A stretch of 64,000 nucleotides of DNA from NCBI GenBank assembly GCA_964035575.1, contig OZ037833.1, forward strand, positions 992,001-1,056,000. Direction: 5' to 3'. Every line of letters starts with the position of its first letter. The first letter of the stretch is position 1. The translations under genes were made by a program, and so were the position numbers. Source of the stretch: Rhynchopus sp. YZ270_cl-10. Its lineage: Eukaryota. Of the stretch, positions 24,583 through 37,215 are shown piece by piece. The notes beneath the pieces were generated by a model. The model searched no databases, was not told the DNA's origin, and was given only the letters and a program-made list of their open reading frames with translations.

Positions 24583-26559
24583 TATAGTGGAGTTCATCTT
24601 CGGGTGTCTACACTAAAACAACCAAGTTTTCAAAAAAAATTTTATTTTTGGCTCGTCCGTTCGCCTAATAAGAGATGCCACATCTCTTATTCGCCCCCCC
24701 CCAGTAAAAAAAATCTGAGATTTTTTTTAAAAATGGGTGGGTGAGTGGTGGGGGTATGGCTCGGAGCGTGGCTGCCACACGTGGCAGCCACGTCGAGGTG
24801 TGGCAGGGGGTGTGGCAGGAGGTGGCAACCACGCTGCCGCGATTTCTCCTCGTCAACGTGGCAGGCACCTGCCACACCGTGGCAGCCACAGTCCTGGCCA
24901 TGGTGGGGGTCCACTTTTTACTCCAATCTATCTGGTTCTAGTCCTCCTCATCAACGTCTCGATGGTCTGCTTCAGGGGTGCAATCACGATGACGCATGCA
25001 TCCTCAGAAAGGAGCGGCGCAGTCACTGTTGGTGTGCTAAACAAAGTGGACTTGTAATACAACAACCCTCTCGTGACAGTGTACCTTGGTACATGACCTG
25101 CTGTACCGGTGGACCCCAACCATGCAGTCTTACATCCATTTTGTGGTGATATGTGCTACTCCCGCTACCACTCATCAGCCAGATGAAAGGGGATCATTGC
25201 GAACAGGGACATGAATCCTGTGTGTTGTAGCGTCCGGTTGGGGACCTCTCCCTGAGTCGCTAATTTGGGCGGAACAAAAGGTCAGTTGGCAAAACAGGTA
25301 GGAGGGTTGGTTGGAGACGGCAGATTTGGGGGCCGAGTGGGGGGAGTGGAGGAGTCGTCGTGGTATACTGGTGGTAAAGTAGTGGTATAGTGATGGTATA
25401 GTGATGGTATAGTGGTGGTATAATAGCTCAAAAATATTTAAAAAAGTTAAAAAAAATCCGAAAAATCCGAAATTTAAGGCGGTATAATAGGTCCACTCCC
25501 CCTTTACGCTTTAGGTATAAAAATAAAAAAAAAGGAAAAAGGCTTTTTTTAAAAGATGAAACCCCTGACCCTGCTTAGATCCAAAGGGGTATGGTTGTGT
25601 GGCTGTTTTTGGAAAATAGGTTTTGTGAAAGGGGGAGGAATGGTCTGGTTTTGCGAGCCATTTAGTTTTTTATTTTTGAGTGGAAAATAAAATACGTCTA
25701 GGAATGATGGGAACTGAGACATCGGTATGCTCAATGAGTCTTCTCGTTTTCCGCTTTTTTTTGAAAACTTGGTTGTATTAGTGTAACCACCTCAGAGTGT
25801 GCTTCATTAATCCGCTTTGTGCTTCAACTCTCCACCGTGCTTTAGGGGGATTTTTTTTCGGATTTTTTTGGATGGATGCGATCAACAAACAGAAGAGGGG
25901 GGGGTCGTTTTTTGTATTATTTTCTTTAGGGTTTGCATATGGGATGTGGTGGGCCCTGCAAAATGGGGTGGGGAGTGAACTCAGAAACACCATACAGTGG
26001 TGAAGTAAACGACTTGACTTATGTTTTTTTTTTTTGTGTTTTTTTTTAAATTTACTTCACCGTCGTGCATATCCCATCCACCTATCGAGGAGGAGGGAGA
26101 GAAGCATAGCGGAATTGATAGGCTGCTCATATCCTGTTTTTTGGGGGTGCCCATATTAGCACCTGCCCATATGGGCGTTCCATCTATGAATAGCATAGCT
26201 CATCCTCGGGGTGTCTACACTAATACACACCAAGTTTCTTTCAAAAAAAATAAGGTAGGTAAAAAGGAAAATGGTTGGTTCTCTCTTGGGTTTTTTCTTC
26301 TTTTTTGTGGAGAGATATGGAAAGAACGTACAGCCTCTGTAAGATGAACGAAAACTTAGTCCAAGAACGCTTTTTGATCTTACAGAACAGAAAAAAACAA
26401 AAGATCTATGTTTAAAAAAAAAACTTTGGAAAAGGGTGGGAAGAAAAAAAAAATGGCTGAATACAAAAAGAATCCCGCCCCATCCACCTCTCCCTCCCTC
26501 CCTCTCTATGCACTGTATATCACACACATTTTCATTTATTATACAAAAGGGCCATCTCT

Positions 26560-27355
26560 TCTCTTGGGTACGATACATCCTCTCTTTGGTTCTCTCACAA
26601 TCACTACACCCTGTGGCTTCTCAATACCACACCACCTCCCCCTACAGAGACAGTAGGGGTTGTCGCTTCATCGGAACCTCCTCGGATTGGTGTGGTTGGG
26701 ACGCTCTTTACCATGGGAATGCCTGGACGATACATCTTCTCCTCTTTTTTTCTCTCACAATCAATACACCCTATTGGCTTCTCATCATACCACACCATTC
26801 TACAGGAACAATGTTGTCGCTTCATCGGAATATTGACCTAATTTTGCAACCGCGGTCTCGCCACCTTCTTCCGCTTCGGCGATTTAGACTGCCTCCTACT
26901 TTGCGGCATCGTTGCCTGCGATGGTGGTGGCGGCAGGGCCATCTTTGTACCCCCTTTTACAGTGCCTTTTGGTGGCGGTGATTTGGCACCTCCTCGGATT
27001 GGTGTGGTTGGGACGCTCTTTACCATGGGAATGCCTGGACGATACATCTTCTCCTCTTTTTTTTCTCTCACAATCCATACACCCTATGTCTTCTCGATCA
27101 TCATACCACACCATTCTACAGGAACAACGGAGGTTGTCGCTTCATCGGAATTGGCCTAATTTTGCAACCGCGGTCTCGCCACCTTCTTCCGCTTCGGCGA
27201 TTTAGACTGCCTCCTCTCCACCCCAGCTTCTACAGGTCTACTTTGCGGCATCGTTGCCTGCGATGGTGGTGGCGGCAGGGCCATCTTCGTACCCCCTTTT
27301 ACAGTGCCTTTTGGTGGCGGTGCTTTGGCACCTCCTCGGATTGGTGTGGTTGGGG
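26560..27355 (-). repeat. Tandem partial duplications of the 3' end and 3' UTR of the PDZ gene
   Basis: PTTPIRGG..KVARPRLQN-coding segment repeated at 26838-27030 (period ~320 bp), with a third shorter copy near 26660-26830. Confidence 0.85.
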
Positions 27356-29360
27356 CGCTCTTTGACATCGGAATGCCCGGAGACGACGACCGAGAATGCG
27401 AATGATGTGACGTATAACCCGATGCGGTTCTCTGAGGAGAACCCTGACCCCCCTTTGGCGTACCCTTTGATGGTGGTCCACGCCCCGGGGGGCCTTTCCC
27501 TCCCCCTGCTGGGAGGGTGAAGTAGATGTCAAATGGATCATTGCTGGGCGCCGTTTTGAGGAAATTTTGAACATCATCGTGGGTTCGCACATAGGTTCCG
27601 TCCACCACTGTGATTGTACATCCTTTAGGTACTTTGCCATCTGCTGGGGTATTCGGCCCGACGTCAACGACTTTAGTGTCCGTAAAGATAATGCCAACTG
27701 CTCCGTTTTGCTTGCGAAGGGTTGCACGGATGCCTGCTGTTTTTACTTCTGTATCGTGGTCGTTTTGCGCGTACAGATCACCTAACTCTGTTGAAATCCG
27801 ATATGCCTTACCCTTTTCGTGCTGTCTCTTTATCTTCCCCAACACCCTCCCTGAAGGGGTCGAACACAACACCGCATCCCCTATAGCAAACCTTAACGGA
27901 GGAAACGCCTTTGGCTCTGCAGGCATCATTGGCGTACCGTGCACGGACCCTTCTGAATCCGGTGGAGGTGGTGGTGGAGGGGTTGCTGAAACCGGGGTTT
28001 TCGCGAATGCACCACCTTGTCTAGGCTGGGGAGTATCAGCTGTCGCAAGCGACCCATTTCGTGACGGAGGTTCTTTGTGGCCTTGCCGCAGAGGGGGGCC
28101 TTTAACCTGGGGTGTGGAAGAGGCAGGGGATGCTTCCTCTATGGAATCGAAGTCGTCGTCGTCGTCATCATCTTCATCCGATTCTGCAATGGGGATGGAC
28201 GGTGCAGTCATAGGGGTGTATGCTTCGGAAGGTAGCGGAGTGGTTTGGCTCTGAGGGGGTTGTGACTGTTGTGACGGTGGTTCTGGAGAAGGTACCGTTT
28301 TTTCTAGGATAGGGTCCGCAGACTCCTCATCCCACATAGAGGGGAGCTGTGCCGCGTCGAAGTCGACCCCTTTCGCAGCGCGCTTTCGTTTGACGGCTGG
28401 TGTAGTGTCTGTCGGATATGCGTTGCCGTGTAACCGTTTATATGTTTCACTTTGCTTGCTGGAGGTACTAAATTTTGTCGTAGGAGCACTCCGCTGGTCG
28501 TTTCCTGCCTGTCTTCTGGTGTCCCCACCTCTCTCAAAAAGTTTCTGATGAAATCCGGTACTACACGTTTTCCGTTTTGGTGTTGCTTCCTCTTGAAACG
28601 CTGCAACCTGCGGTGCCGCACTCAACCTCTCCACTACCCCTCGTCTCCGAGGTGTCATACTCCTTGCATATTCAGAAATCTTTGGCACAAAGCGGTATTC
28701 CTCCTCCTCAGGGTGTTGTTGTATGTGCTGTCTCCCCCGTGTACTCCGTGGTGTACGTCGTCCGATGGATCGAGACCTCCCAATGTCAGGGGTAAAAGCG
28801 TTTGGAGATGCCATCATCTGCCGGTCAATCCCTTCGAGGATGTAACGTCCCTGGTGTGACGCCGCTTCCCTTCTGGACTGCGCCTTCTGTGCGGATTCGT
28901 AGAGATGCACCCAAGGGTCGTGATGCGGGGTGCCACCTACCCCGCTTGCCCCTCCTCCTCGTGTCGCGGCGTCAATCAAATCCAGAGCATCGTCTTGAGT
29001 CATGCGTTCCAAGCCGCCTTTTAGAGTCGGGGTGTACATTGCGCTTCGTGTTCGAGATCCTCTTCGCGGTAGGGAGCGGGAGCGTGAGCGAGATCGTGAG
29101 GTGTAACGGCGTGGTGTTCGTCGTCCTTGAGAGACCGGATAGTCGTCATATCGAGCCAATTCATAGTCACAACCACTGTCCGGTGTGTCATAGGCATGAC
29201 GCATGCTGCTTTCCAAGCCACCAAGAGAGTCGGGTGTGTTCACCACCCCATCGTGGTGGTGGTGGTGGTGGCTGCTGTACTGCCGCGCAGACCTCCCTCC
29301 TGAAGTCCTATTATTAAACGGACTCCCCACACGCGATCGATGTGGGGTTCGGGAAGCCAT
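27156..29360 (-). CDS. 734-aa largely disordered protein with SH3-like and PDZ domains
   Basis: Long ORF from MASRTPH; LRFAIGDAVLC..GKI..KAYRI (SH3-like); LRKQNGAVGIIF..VVDVGPNTPADGKVPKGCTITVVDGTYVRTHDDVQNFLK (PDZ). Confidence 0.82.
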   Translation of the reverse strand: MASRTPHRSRVGSPFNNRTSGGRSARQYSSHHHHHHDGVVNTPDSLGGLESSMRHAYDTPDSGCDYELARYDDYPVSQGRRTPRRYTSRSRSRSRSLPRRGSRTRSAMYTPTLKGGLERMTQDDALDLIDAATRGGGASGVGGTPHHDPWVHLYESAQKAQSRREAASHQGRYILEGIDRQMMASPNAFTPDIGRSRSIGRRTPRSTRGRQHIQQHPEEEEYRFVPKISEYARSMTPRRRGVVERLSAAPQVAAFQEEATPKRKTCSTGFHQKLFERGGDTRRQAGNDQRSAPTTKFSTSSKQSETYKRLHGNAYPTDTTPAVKRKRAAKGVDFDAAQLPSMWDEESADPILEKTVPSPEPPSQQSQPPQSQTTPLPSEAYTPMTAPSIPIAESDEDDDDDDDFDSIEEASPASSTPQVKGPPLRQGHKEPPSRNGSLATADTPQPRQGGAFAKTPVSATPPPPPPPDSEGSVHGTPMMPAEPKAFPPLRFAIGDAVLCSTPSGRVLGKIKRQHEKGKAYRISTELGDLYAQNDHDTEVKTAGIRATLRKQNGAVGIIFTDTKVVDVGPNTPADGKVPKGCTITVVDGTYVRTHDDVQNFLKTAPSNDPFDIYFTLPAGGGKGPPGRGPPSKGTPKGGQGSPQRTASGYTSHHSHSRSSSPGIPMSKSAPTTPIRGGAKAPPPKGTVKGGTKMALPPPPSQATMPQSRPVEAGVERRQSKSPKRKKVARPRLQN

Positions 29361-29418
29361 TTCTCCCCCCCAACTCTGTGAAAATAACTTTAAATTTGAG
29401 GATATTACGACGGATAAG

Positions 29419-32400
29419 TAGGGGGGCCTATGCACCGGCTATTCCTTCATTTGGCTCGGAAAATTTGGCGCCTTTCGGCAAAAAAACCCAATAATATGTG
29501 AAACTACCCTGTATTCCACACCAAAAATCACTTTCCGCCGGGTTTCAGGCACTTTGGAGCCATTTTTCGACCTTTAGATGCAAAAACATCAAAAAATAGA
29601 GCAAAATGGCTTACAGCGCCACATAAACCGTACAGTTCCTCAAGGAATAGTACCAGAATTTTACTTCCTGGGTAGGCAACTAGTGAACATCCTCCCAAAA
29701 GTGCCCAAATTTTACTTCCTGGGTAGGTGACCACTGAACATCGTCCCAAAAGTACCCAAATTTTACTTCCTGGGTAGGTGACCACTGAACATCGTCCCAA
29801 AAGTACCCAAATTTTACTTCCTGGGTAGGTGACCACTGAACATCCTCCCAAAAGTACCCAAATTTTACTTCCTGGGTAGGCGACTAATGAACATCCTCCC
29901 AAAAGTACCCAAATTTTACTTCCTGGGTAGGTGACCACTGAACATCCTCCCAAAAGTACCCAAATTTTACTTCCTGGGTAGGTGACCACTGAACATCCTC
30001 CCAAAAGTACCCAAATTTTACTTCCTGGGTAGGTGACCACTGAACATCCTCCCAAAAGTGCCCAAATTTTACTTCCTGGGTAGGTGACCACTGAACACCC
30101 TCCCAAAAGTACCCAAATTTTACTTCCTGGGTAGGTGACTAATGAACATCCTCCCAAAAGTACCCAAATTTTACTTCCTGGGTAGGTAACTAGTGAACAT
30201 CCTCCCAAAAGTACCCAAATTTTACTTCCTGGGTAGGTGACTAATGAACATCCTCCCAAAAGTGCCCAAATTTTACTTCCTGGGTAGGTGACTAGTGAAC
30301 ATCCTCCCAAAAGTACCCAAATTTTACTTCCTGGGTAGGTGACTAGTGAACATCCTCCCAAAAGTACCCAAATTTTACTTCCTGGGTAGGTGACTAGTGA
30401 ACATCCTCCCAAAAGTACCCAAATTTTACTTCCTGGGTAGGTGACCACTGAACACCCTCCCAAAAGTACCCAAATTTTACTTCCTGGGTAGGTGACTAAT
30501 GAACATCCTCCCAAAAGTACCCAAATTTTACTTCCTGGGTAGGTGACTAGTGAACATCCTCCCAAAAGTACCCAAATTTTACTTCCTGGGTAGGTGACTA
30601 GTGAACATCCTCCCAAAAGTACCCAAATTTTACTTCCTGGGTAGGTGACTAGTGAACATCCTCCCAAAAGTACCCAAATTTTACTTCCTGGGTAGGCGAC
30701 TAATGAACATCCTCCCAAAAGTACCCAAATTTTACTTCCTGGGTAGGTGACCACTGAACACCCTCCCAAAAGTACCCAAATTTTACTTCCTGGGTAGGTG
30801 ACTAATGAACATCCTCCCAAAAGTGCCCAAATTTTACTTCCTGGGTAGGTGACCACTGAACACCCTCCCAAAAGTACCCAAATTTTACTTCCTGGGTAGG
30901 TGACCACTGAACATCCTCCCAAAAGTACCCAAATTTTACTTCCTGGGTAGGCGACTAATGAACATCCTCCCAAAAGTACCCAAATTTTACTTCCTGGGTA
31001 GGTGACCACTGAACACCCTCCCAAAAGTACCCAAATTTTACTTCCTGGGTAGGCGACTAATGAACATCCTCCCAAAAGTGCCCAAATTTTACTTCCTGGG
31101 TAGGTGACCACTGAACATCCTCCCAAAAGTACCCAAATTTTACTTCCTGGGTAGGCGACTAATGAACATCCTCCCAAAAGTACCCAAATTTTACTTCCTG
31201 GGTAGGTGACCACTGAACATCCTCCCAAAAGTACCCAAATTTTACTTCCTGGGTAGGCGACTAATGAACATCCTCCCAAAAGTACCCAAATTTTACTTCC
31301 TGGGTAGGTGACTAGTGAACATCCTCCCAAAAGTACCCAAATTTTACTTCCTGGGTAGGTGACTAGTGAACATCCTCCCAAAAGTACCCAAATTTTACTT
31401 CCTGGGTAGGTGACTAGTGAACATCCTCCCAAAAGTACCCAAATTTTACTTCCTGGGTAGGCGACTAATGAACATCCTCCCAAAAGTGCCCAAATTTTAC
31501 TTCCTGGGTAGGTGACCACTGAACATCCTCCCAAAAGTGCCCAAATTTTACTTCCTGGGTAGGTGACCACTGAACATCCTCCCAAAAGTACCCAAATTTT
31601 ACTTCCTGGGTAGGCGACTAATGAACATCCTCCCAAAAGTGCCCAAATTTTACTTCCTGGGTAGGTGACCACTGAACATCCTCCCAAAAGTACCCAAATT
31701 TTACTTCCTGGGTAGGTGACCACTGAACACCCTCCCAAAAGTACCCAAATTTTACTTCCTGGGTAGGCGACTAATGAACATCCTCCCAAAAGTGCCCAAA
31801 TTTTACTTCCTGGGTAGGTGACCACTGAACATCCTCCCAAAAGTACCCAAATTTTACTTCCTGGGTAGGTGACCACTGAACACCCTCCCAAAAGTACCCA
31901 AATTTTACTTCCTGGGTAGGCGACTAATGAACATCCTCCCAAAAGTACCCAAATTTTACTTCCTGGGTAGGTGACTAGTGAACATCCTCCCAAAAGTACC
32001 CAAATTTTACTTCCTGGGTAGGTGACCACTGAACACCCTCCCAAAAGTACCCAAATTTTACTTCCTGGGTAGGCGACTAATGAACATCCTCCCAAAAGTG
32101 CCCAAATTTTACTTCCTGGGTAGGTGACCACTGAACATCCTCCCAAAAGTGCCCAAATTTTACTTCCTGGGTAGGCGACTAATGAACATCCTCCCAAAAG
32201 TGCCCAAATTTTACTTCCTGGGTAGGCGACTAATGAACATCCTCCCAAAAGTACCCAAATTTTACTTCCTGGGTAGGTGACCACTGAACACCCTCCCAAA
32301 AGTACCCAAATTTTACTTCCTGGGTAGGCGACTAATGAACATCCTCCCAAAAGTGCCCAAATTTTACTTCCTGGGTAGGTGACCACTGAACATCCTCCCA

Positions 32401-35400
32401 AAAGTACCCAAATTTTACTTCCTGGGTAGGCGACTAATGAACATCCTCCCAAAAGTGCCCAAATTTTACTTCCTGGGTAGGTGACCACTGAACACCCTCC
32501 CAAAAGTACCCAAATTTTACTTCCTGGGTAGGCGACTAATGAACATCCTCCCAAAAGTGCCCAAATTTTACTTCCTGGGTAGGTGACCACTGAACATCCT
32601 CCCAAAAGTACCCAAATTTTACTTCCTGGGTAGGCGACTAATGAACATCCTCCCAAAAGTACCCAAATTTTACTTCCTGGGTAGGTGACTAGTGAACATC
32701 CTCCCAAAAGTACCCAAATTTTACTTCCTGGGTAGGTGACTAGTGAACATCCTCCCAAAAGTACCCAAATTTTACTTCCTGGGTAGGCGACTAATGAACA
32801 TCCTCCCAAAAGTGCCCAAATTTTACTTCCTGGGTAGGTGACCACTGAACATCCTCCCAAAAGTGCCCAAATTTTACTTCCTGGGTAGGTGACCACTGAA
32901 CATCCTCCCAAAAGTACCCAAATTTTACTTCCTGGGTAGGCGACTAATGAACATCCTCCCAAAAGTGCCCAAATTTTACTTCCTGGGTAGGTGACCACTG
33001 AACATCCTCCCAAAAGTACCCAAATTTTACTTCCTGGGTAGGTGACCACTGAACACCCTCCCAAAAGTACCCAAATTTTACTTCCTGGGTAGGCGACTAA
33101 TGAACATCCTCCCAAAAGTGCCCAAATTTTACTTCCTGGGTAGGTGACCACTGAACATCCTCCCAAAAGTACCCAAATTTTACTTCCTGGGTAGGTGACC
33201 ACTGAACACCCTCCCAAAAGTACCCAAATTTTACTTCCTGGGTAGGCGACTAATGAACATCCTCCCAAAAGTACCCAAATTTTACTTCCTGGGTAGGTGA
33301 CTAGTGAACATCCTCCCAAAAGTACCCAAATTTTACTTCCTGGGTAGGTGACCACTGAACACCCTCCCAAAAGTACCCAAATTTTACTTCCTGGGTAGGC
33401 GACTAATGAACATCCTCCCAAAAGTGCCCAAATTTTACTTCCTGGGTAGGTGACCACTGAACATCCTCCCAAAAGTGCCCAAATTTTACTTCCTGGGTAG
33501 GCGACTAATGAACATCCTCCCAAAAGTGCCCAAATTTTACTTCCTGGGTAGGCGACTAATGAACATCCTCCCAAAAGTACCCAAATTTTACTTCCTGGGT
33601 AGGTGACCACTGAACACCCTCCCAAAAGTACCCAAATTTTACTTCCTGGGTAGGCGACTAATGAACATCCTCCCAAAAGTGCCCAAATTTTACTTCCTGG
33701 GTAGGTGACCACTGAACATCCTCCCAAAAGTACCCAAATTTTACTTCCTGGGTAGGCGACTAATGAACATCCTCCCAAAAGTGCCCAAATTTTACTTCCT
33801 GGGTAGGTGACCACTGAACACCCTCCCAAAAGTACCCAAATTTTACTTCCTGGGTAGGTGACCACTGAACATCCTCCCAAAAGTACCCAAATTTTACTTC
33901 CTGGGTAGGTGACTAATGAACATCCTCCCAAAAGTACCCAAATTTTACTTCCTGGGTAGGTGACCACTGAACACCCTCCCAAAAGTACCCAAATTTTACT
34001 TCCTGGGTAGGTGACCACTGAACATCCTCCCAAAAGTACCCAAATTTTACTTCCTGGGTAGGTGACTAATGAACATCCTCCCAAAAGTACCCAAATTTTA
34101 CTTCCTGGGTAGGCGACTTGTGAACATCCTCTGAAAAGTACCAGAAATTTACTTTTTGAGTAGGCGACTTGTGCACATCCTCTGAAAAGTACCAGAATTT
34201 TACTTTTTGAGTAGGCGACTTGTGAACATCTTCTGAAAAGTACCAGAATTTTACTTTTTGAGTAGGCGACTTGTGAACATCTTCTGAAAAGTACCAGAAA
34301 TTTACTTTTTGAGTAGGCGACTTGTGAACATCTTCTGAAAAGTACCAGAACTTTACTTTTTGAGTAGGCGACTTGTGAACATCTTCTGAAAAGTACCAGA
34401 AATTTACTTTTTGAGTAGGCGACTTGTGAACATCCTCTGAAAAGTACCAGAATTTTACTTTTTGAGTGGGGGACTTGTGAACATCCTCTGAAAAGTACCA
34501 GAATTTTACTTTTTGAGTAGGCGACTTGTGAACATCTTCTGAAAAGTACCAGAAATTTACTTTTTGAGTAGGCGACTTGTGAACATCCTCTGAAAAGTAC
34601 CAGAATTTTACTTTTTGAGTAGGCGACTTGTGAACATCTTCTGAAAAGTACCAGAAATTTACTTTTTGAGTAGGCGACTTGTGCACATCCTCTGAAAAGT
34701 ACCAGAATTTTACTTTTTGAGTGGGGGACTTGTGAACATCCTCTGAAAAGTGCCAGAATTTTACTTTTTGAGTAGGCGACTTGTGAACATCCTCTGAAAA
34801 GTACCAGAATTTTACTTTTTGAGTAGGCGACTTGTGAACATCCTCTGAAAAGTACCAGAAATTTACTTTTTGAGTAGGCGACTTGTGCACATCCTCTGAA
34901 AAGTGCCAGAATTTTACTTTTTGAGTAGGCGACTTGTGAACATCTTCTGAAAAGTACCAGAAATTTACTTTTTGAGTAGGCGACTTGTGAACATCCTCTG
35001 AAAAGTACCAGAATTTTACTTTTTGAATAGGCGACTTGTGAACATCCTCTGAAAAGTGCCAGAATTTTACTTTTTGAGTAGGCGACTTGTGCACATCCTC
35101 TGAAAAGTACCAGAATTTTACTTTTTGAGTGGGGGACTTGTGAACATCCTCTGAAAAGTGCCAGAATTTTACTTTTTGAGTAGGCGACTTGTGAACATCC
35201 TCTGAAAAGTACCAGAATTTTACTTTTTGAATAGGCGACTTGTGAACATCCTCTGAAAAGTGCCAGAATTTTACTTTTTGAGTAGGCGACTTGTGAACAT
35301 CCTCTGAAAAGTACCAGAATTTTACTTTTTGAGTGGGCGACTTGTGAACATCCTCTGAAAAGTACCAGAATTTTACTTTTTGAGTAGGCGACTTGTGAAC

Positions 35401-36147
35401 ATCCTCTGAAAAGTACCAGAAATTTACTTTTTGAGTAGGCGACTTGTGAACATCTTCTGAAAAGTACCAGAATTTTACTTTTTGAGTGGGGGACTTGTGA
35501 ACATCCTCTGAAAAGTGCCAGAATTTTACTTTTTGAGTAGGCGACTTGTGAACATCCTCTGAAAAGTACCAGAATTTTACTTTTTGAGTGGGGGACTTGT
35601 GAACATCCTCTGAAAAGTACCAGAATTTTACTTTTTGAGTAGGCGACTTGTGCACATCCTCTGAAAAGTGCCAGAATTTTACTTTTTGAGTAGGCGACTT
35701 GTGAACATCTTCTGAAAAGTACCAGAATTTTACTTTTTGAGTAGGTACCTGTCACTCCCAGGTTAAAAAGGACACTTTTTCGCTGCAAAATATGAAAAAA
35801 ATCATACCAAAAAAGTGTTTTTTTTTTACTCAAAAACACCTAAAAACCACCTCTGTGTGGTGGTATTGGCCTTGTGGGGGTGTTTTGGGCTCAAAAAAAA
35901 AAATTTTTTTTTTTTGAAAAAAATCGAAAAAAAATTGAAAATGGCAAAGGCAAATCCAGTGCAAAATGACAATTTTCAACAAAATGTGCGTTTAAATGAG
36001 TCAACGGGCAGCATTTTGTTTAAATTTTTGCTCATTTGAGTCCACAGAGTCCCAAAAAATGCATTGCCGGGGTCGTAGGTCAAAAAAGACTTAGCAATTT
36101 CAATTTAAAATCAAAAGGAGCCTAAATTACCGGTATAGGCTCCCCTA
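29419..36147. mobile_element. 6.7-kb TIR element carrying a satellite array; 7-bp TSD
   Basis: Ends TAGGGGGGCCTAT(GC)ACCGG / CCGGTATAGGCTCCCCTA; GGATAAG at 29412-29418 and 38174-38180, the right copy displaced by a second insertion. Confidence 0.7.
29650..35745. repeat. 51-bp tandem satellite (~120 units): subtype I to ~34115, subtype II after it
   Basis: I: AAAAGTACCCAAATTTTACTTCCTGGGTAGGTGACCACTGAACATCCTCCC; II: AAAAGTACCAGAATTTTACTTTTTGAGTAGGCGACTTGTGAACATCCTCTG. Confidence 0.98.
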
Positions 36148-36477
36148 GGCATACATAGCGTGCGAATGACCATTCGCATATATTCGCATGTGCGAATGCA
36201 TTCGCATCCTGTTCGCATTCATTCGCATTGTCGTTCGCATCATTCGCATCATTCGCACTATATTCGCACTTTTTTCGCATGTGCGAATGATGCGAACGAT
36301 GCGAACACAGTGCGAACATAGTGCGAATGATGCGAACGTAGTGCGAATGTTATAGTAGTGTGTGAATTCTGTGGGTGTGTGATTGTTGGCTGATCGGGGT
36401 TTTTTGTGATTTTTTTGTGATCGGCATATTTTGGGATGAGCTTTTTTTGTCCCACTCTGGGTGGGTCGTTAGCAGGG

Positions 36478-36813
36478 GTACTGTACTGTACTGTACTGTA
36501 CTGTACTGTACTGTACTGTACTGTACTGTACTGTACTGTACTGTACTGTACTGTACTGTACTGTACTGTACTGTACTGTACTGTACTGTACTGTACTGTA
36601 CTGTACTGTACTGTACTGTACTGTACTGTACTGTACTGTACTGTACTGTACTGTACTGTACTGTACTGTACTGTACTGTACTGTACTGTACTGTACTGTA
36701 CTGTACTGTACTGTACTGTACTGTACTGTACTGTACTGTACTGTACTGTACTGTACTGTACTGTACTGTACTGTACTGTACTGTACTGTACTGTACTGTA
36801 CTGTACTGTACTG
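36478..36813. repeat. (GTACT)n 5-bp array
   Basis: Perfect tandem repeat. Confidence 0.98.
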
Positions 36814-37215
36814 CTGAATAACGTTATTCCAAAATAACACTTGTTATAACGTTATCGATAACGTTATAACACCCACAGTATGTCTTATAATAGGCTAATA
36901 TTGGGCTAATAGCCTATTATATGCCATCTTAGACGTAGGCTGCAGTCGGTGCTGTAACATACACCTCACTCACGCTCATCAGTGAAAAACACAAGAGAAA
37001 TAAGTTGTGTTGTGTCTGTAACGGAGTTGGCCTTAAATTTTGGATTTTTCGGATTTGTTTAACGGGTTAAGCCAGCTACCACCGTACCACCAGTGGTAGC
37101 TGGGAAGGACTGGAATAGGCTAATAAAATATTAGCCTATTCCAGTTTCATTAGCCTATTCTATAAGGCTTAAATAGGCTAATATCCTATTAGGCTTTATT
37201 AGCTTATCAGCTATG

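Larger units (their letters stand above)
23750..24704. mobile_element. TA-inserted TIR element (middle of three nested)
   Basis: TIR CT(G)nCGAATAAGAGAT / ATCTCTTATTCG(C)nAG; TA at 23748-49 and 24705-06; GAATAAGAGATCAGG subterminal repeats. Confidence 0.88.
23663..25504. mobile_element. TA-inserted TIR element (outer of three nested)
   Basis: 25-bp perfect TIR AAGGGGGAGTGGACCTATTATACCG; TA at 23661-62 and 25505-06; an uninterrupted paralogue of the target lies at 41912-42043. Confidence 0.9.

Noticed and set aside
29650..35745. CRISPR-like array
   Set aside because: Units are head-to-tail with no unique spacers and no cas genes.
29528..35839. 2103-aa and 529-aa repeat ORFs
   Set aside because: By-products of a 51-bp unit that lacks stops in some frames; no ATG start or unique domain, and they lie inside a TIR element.
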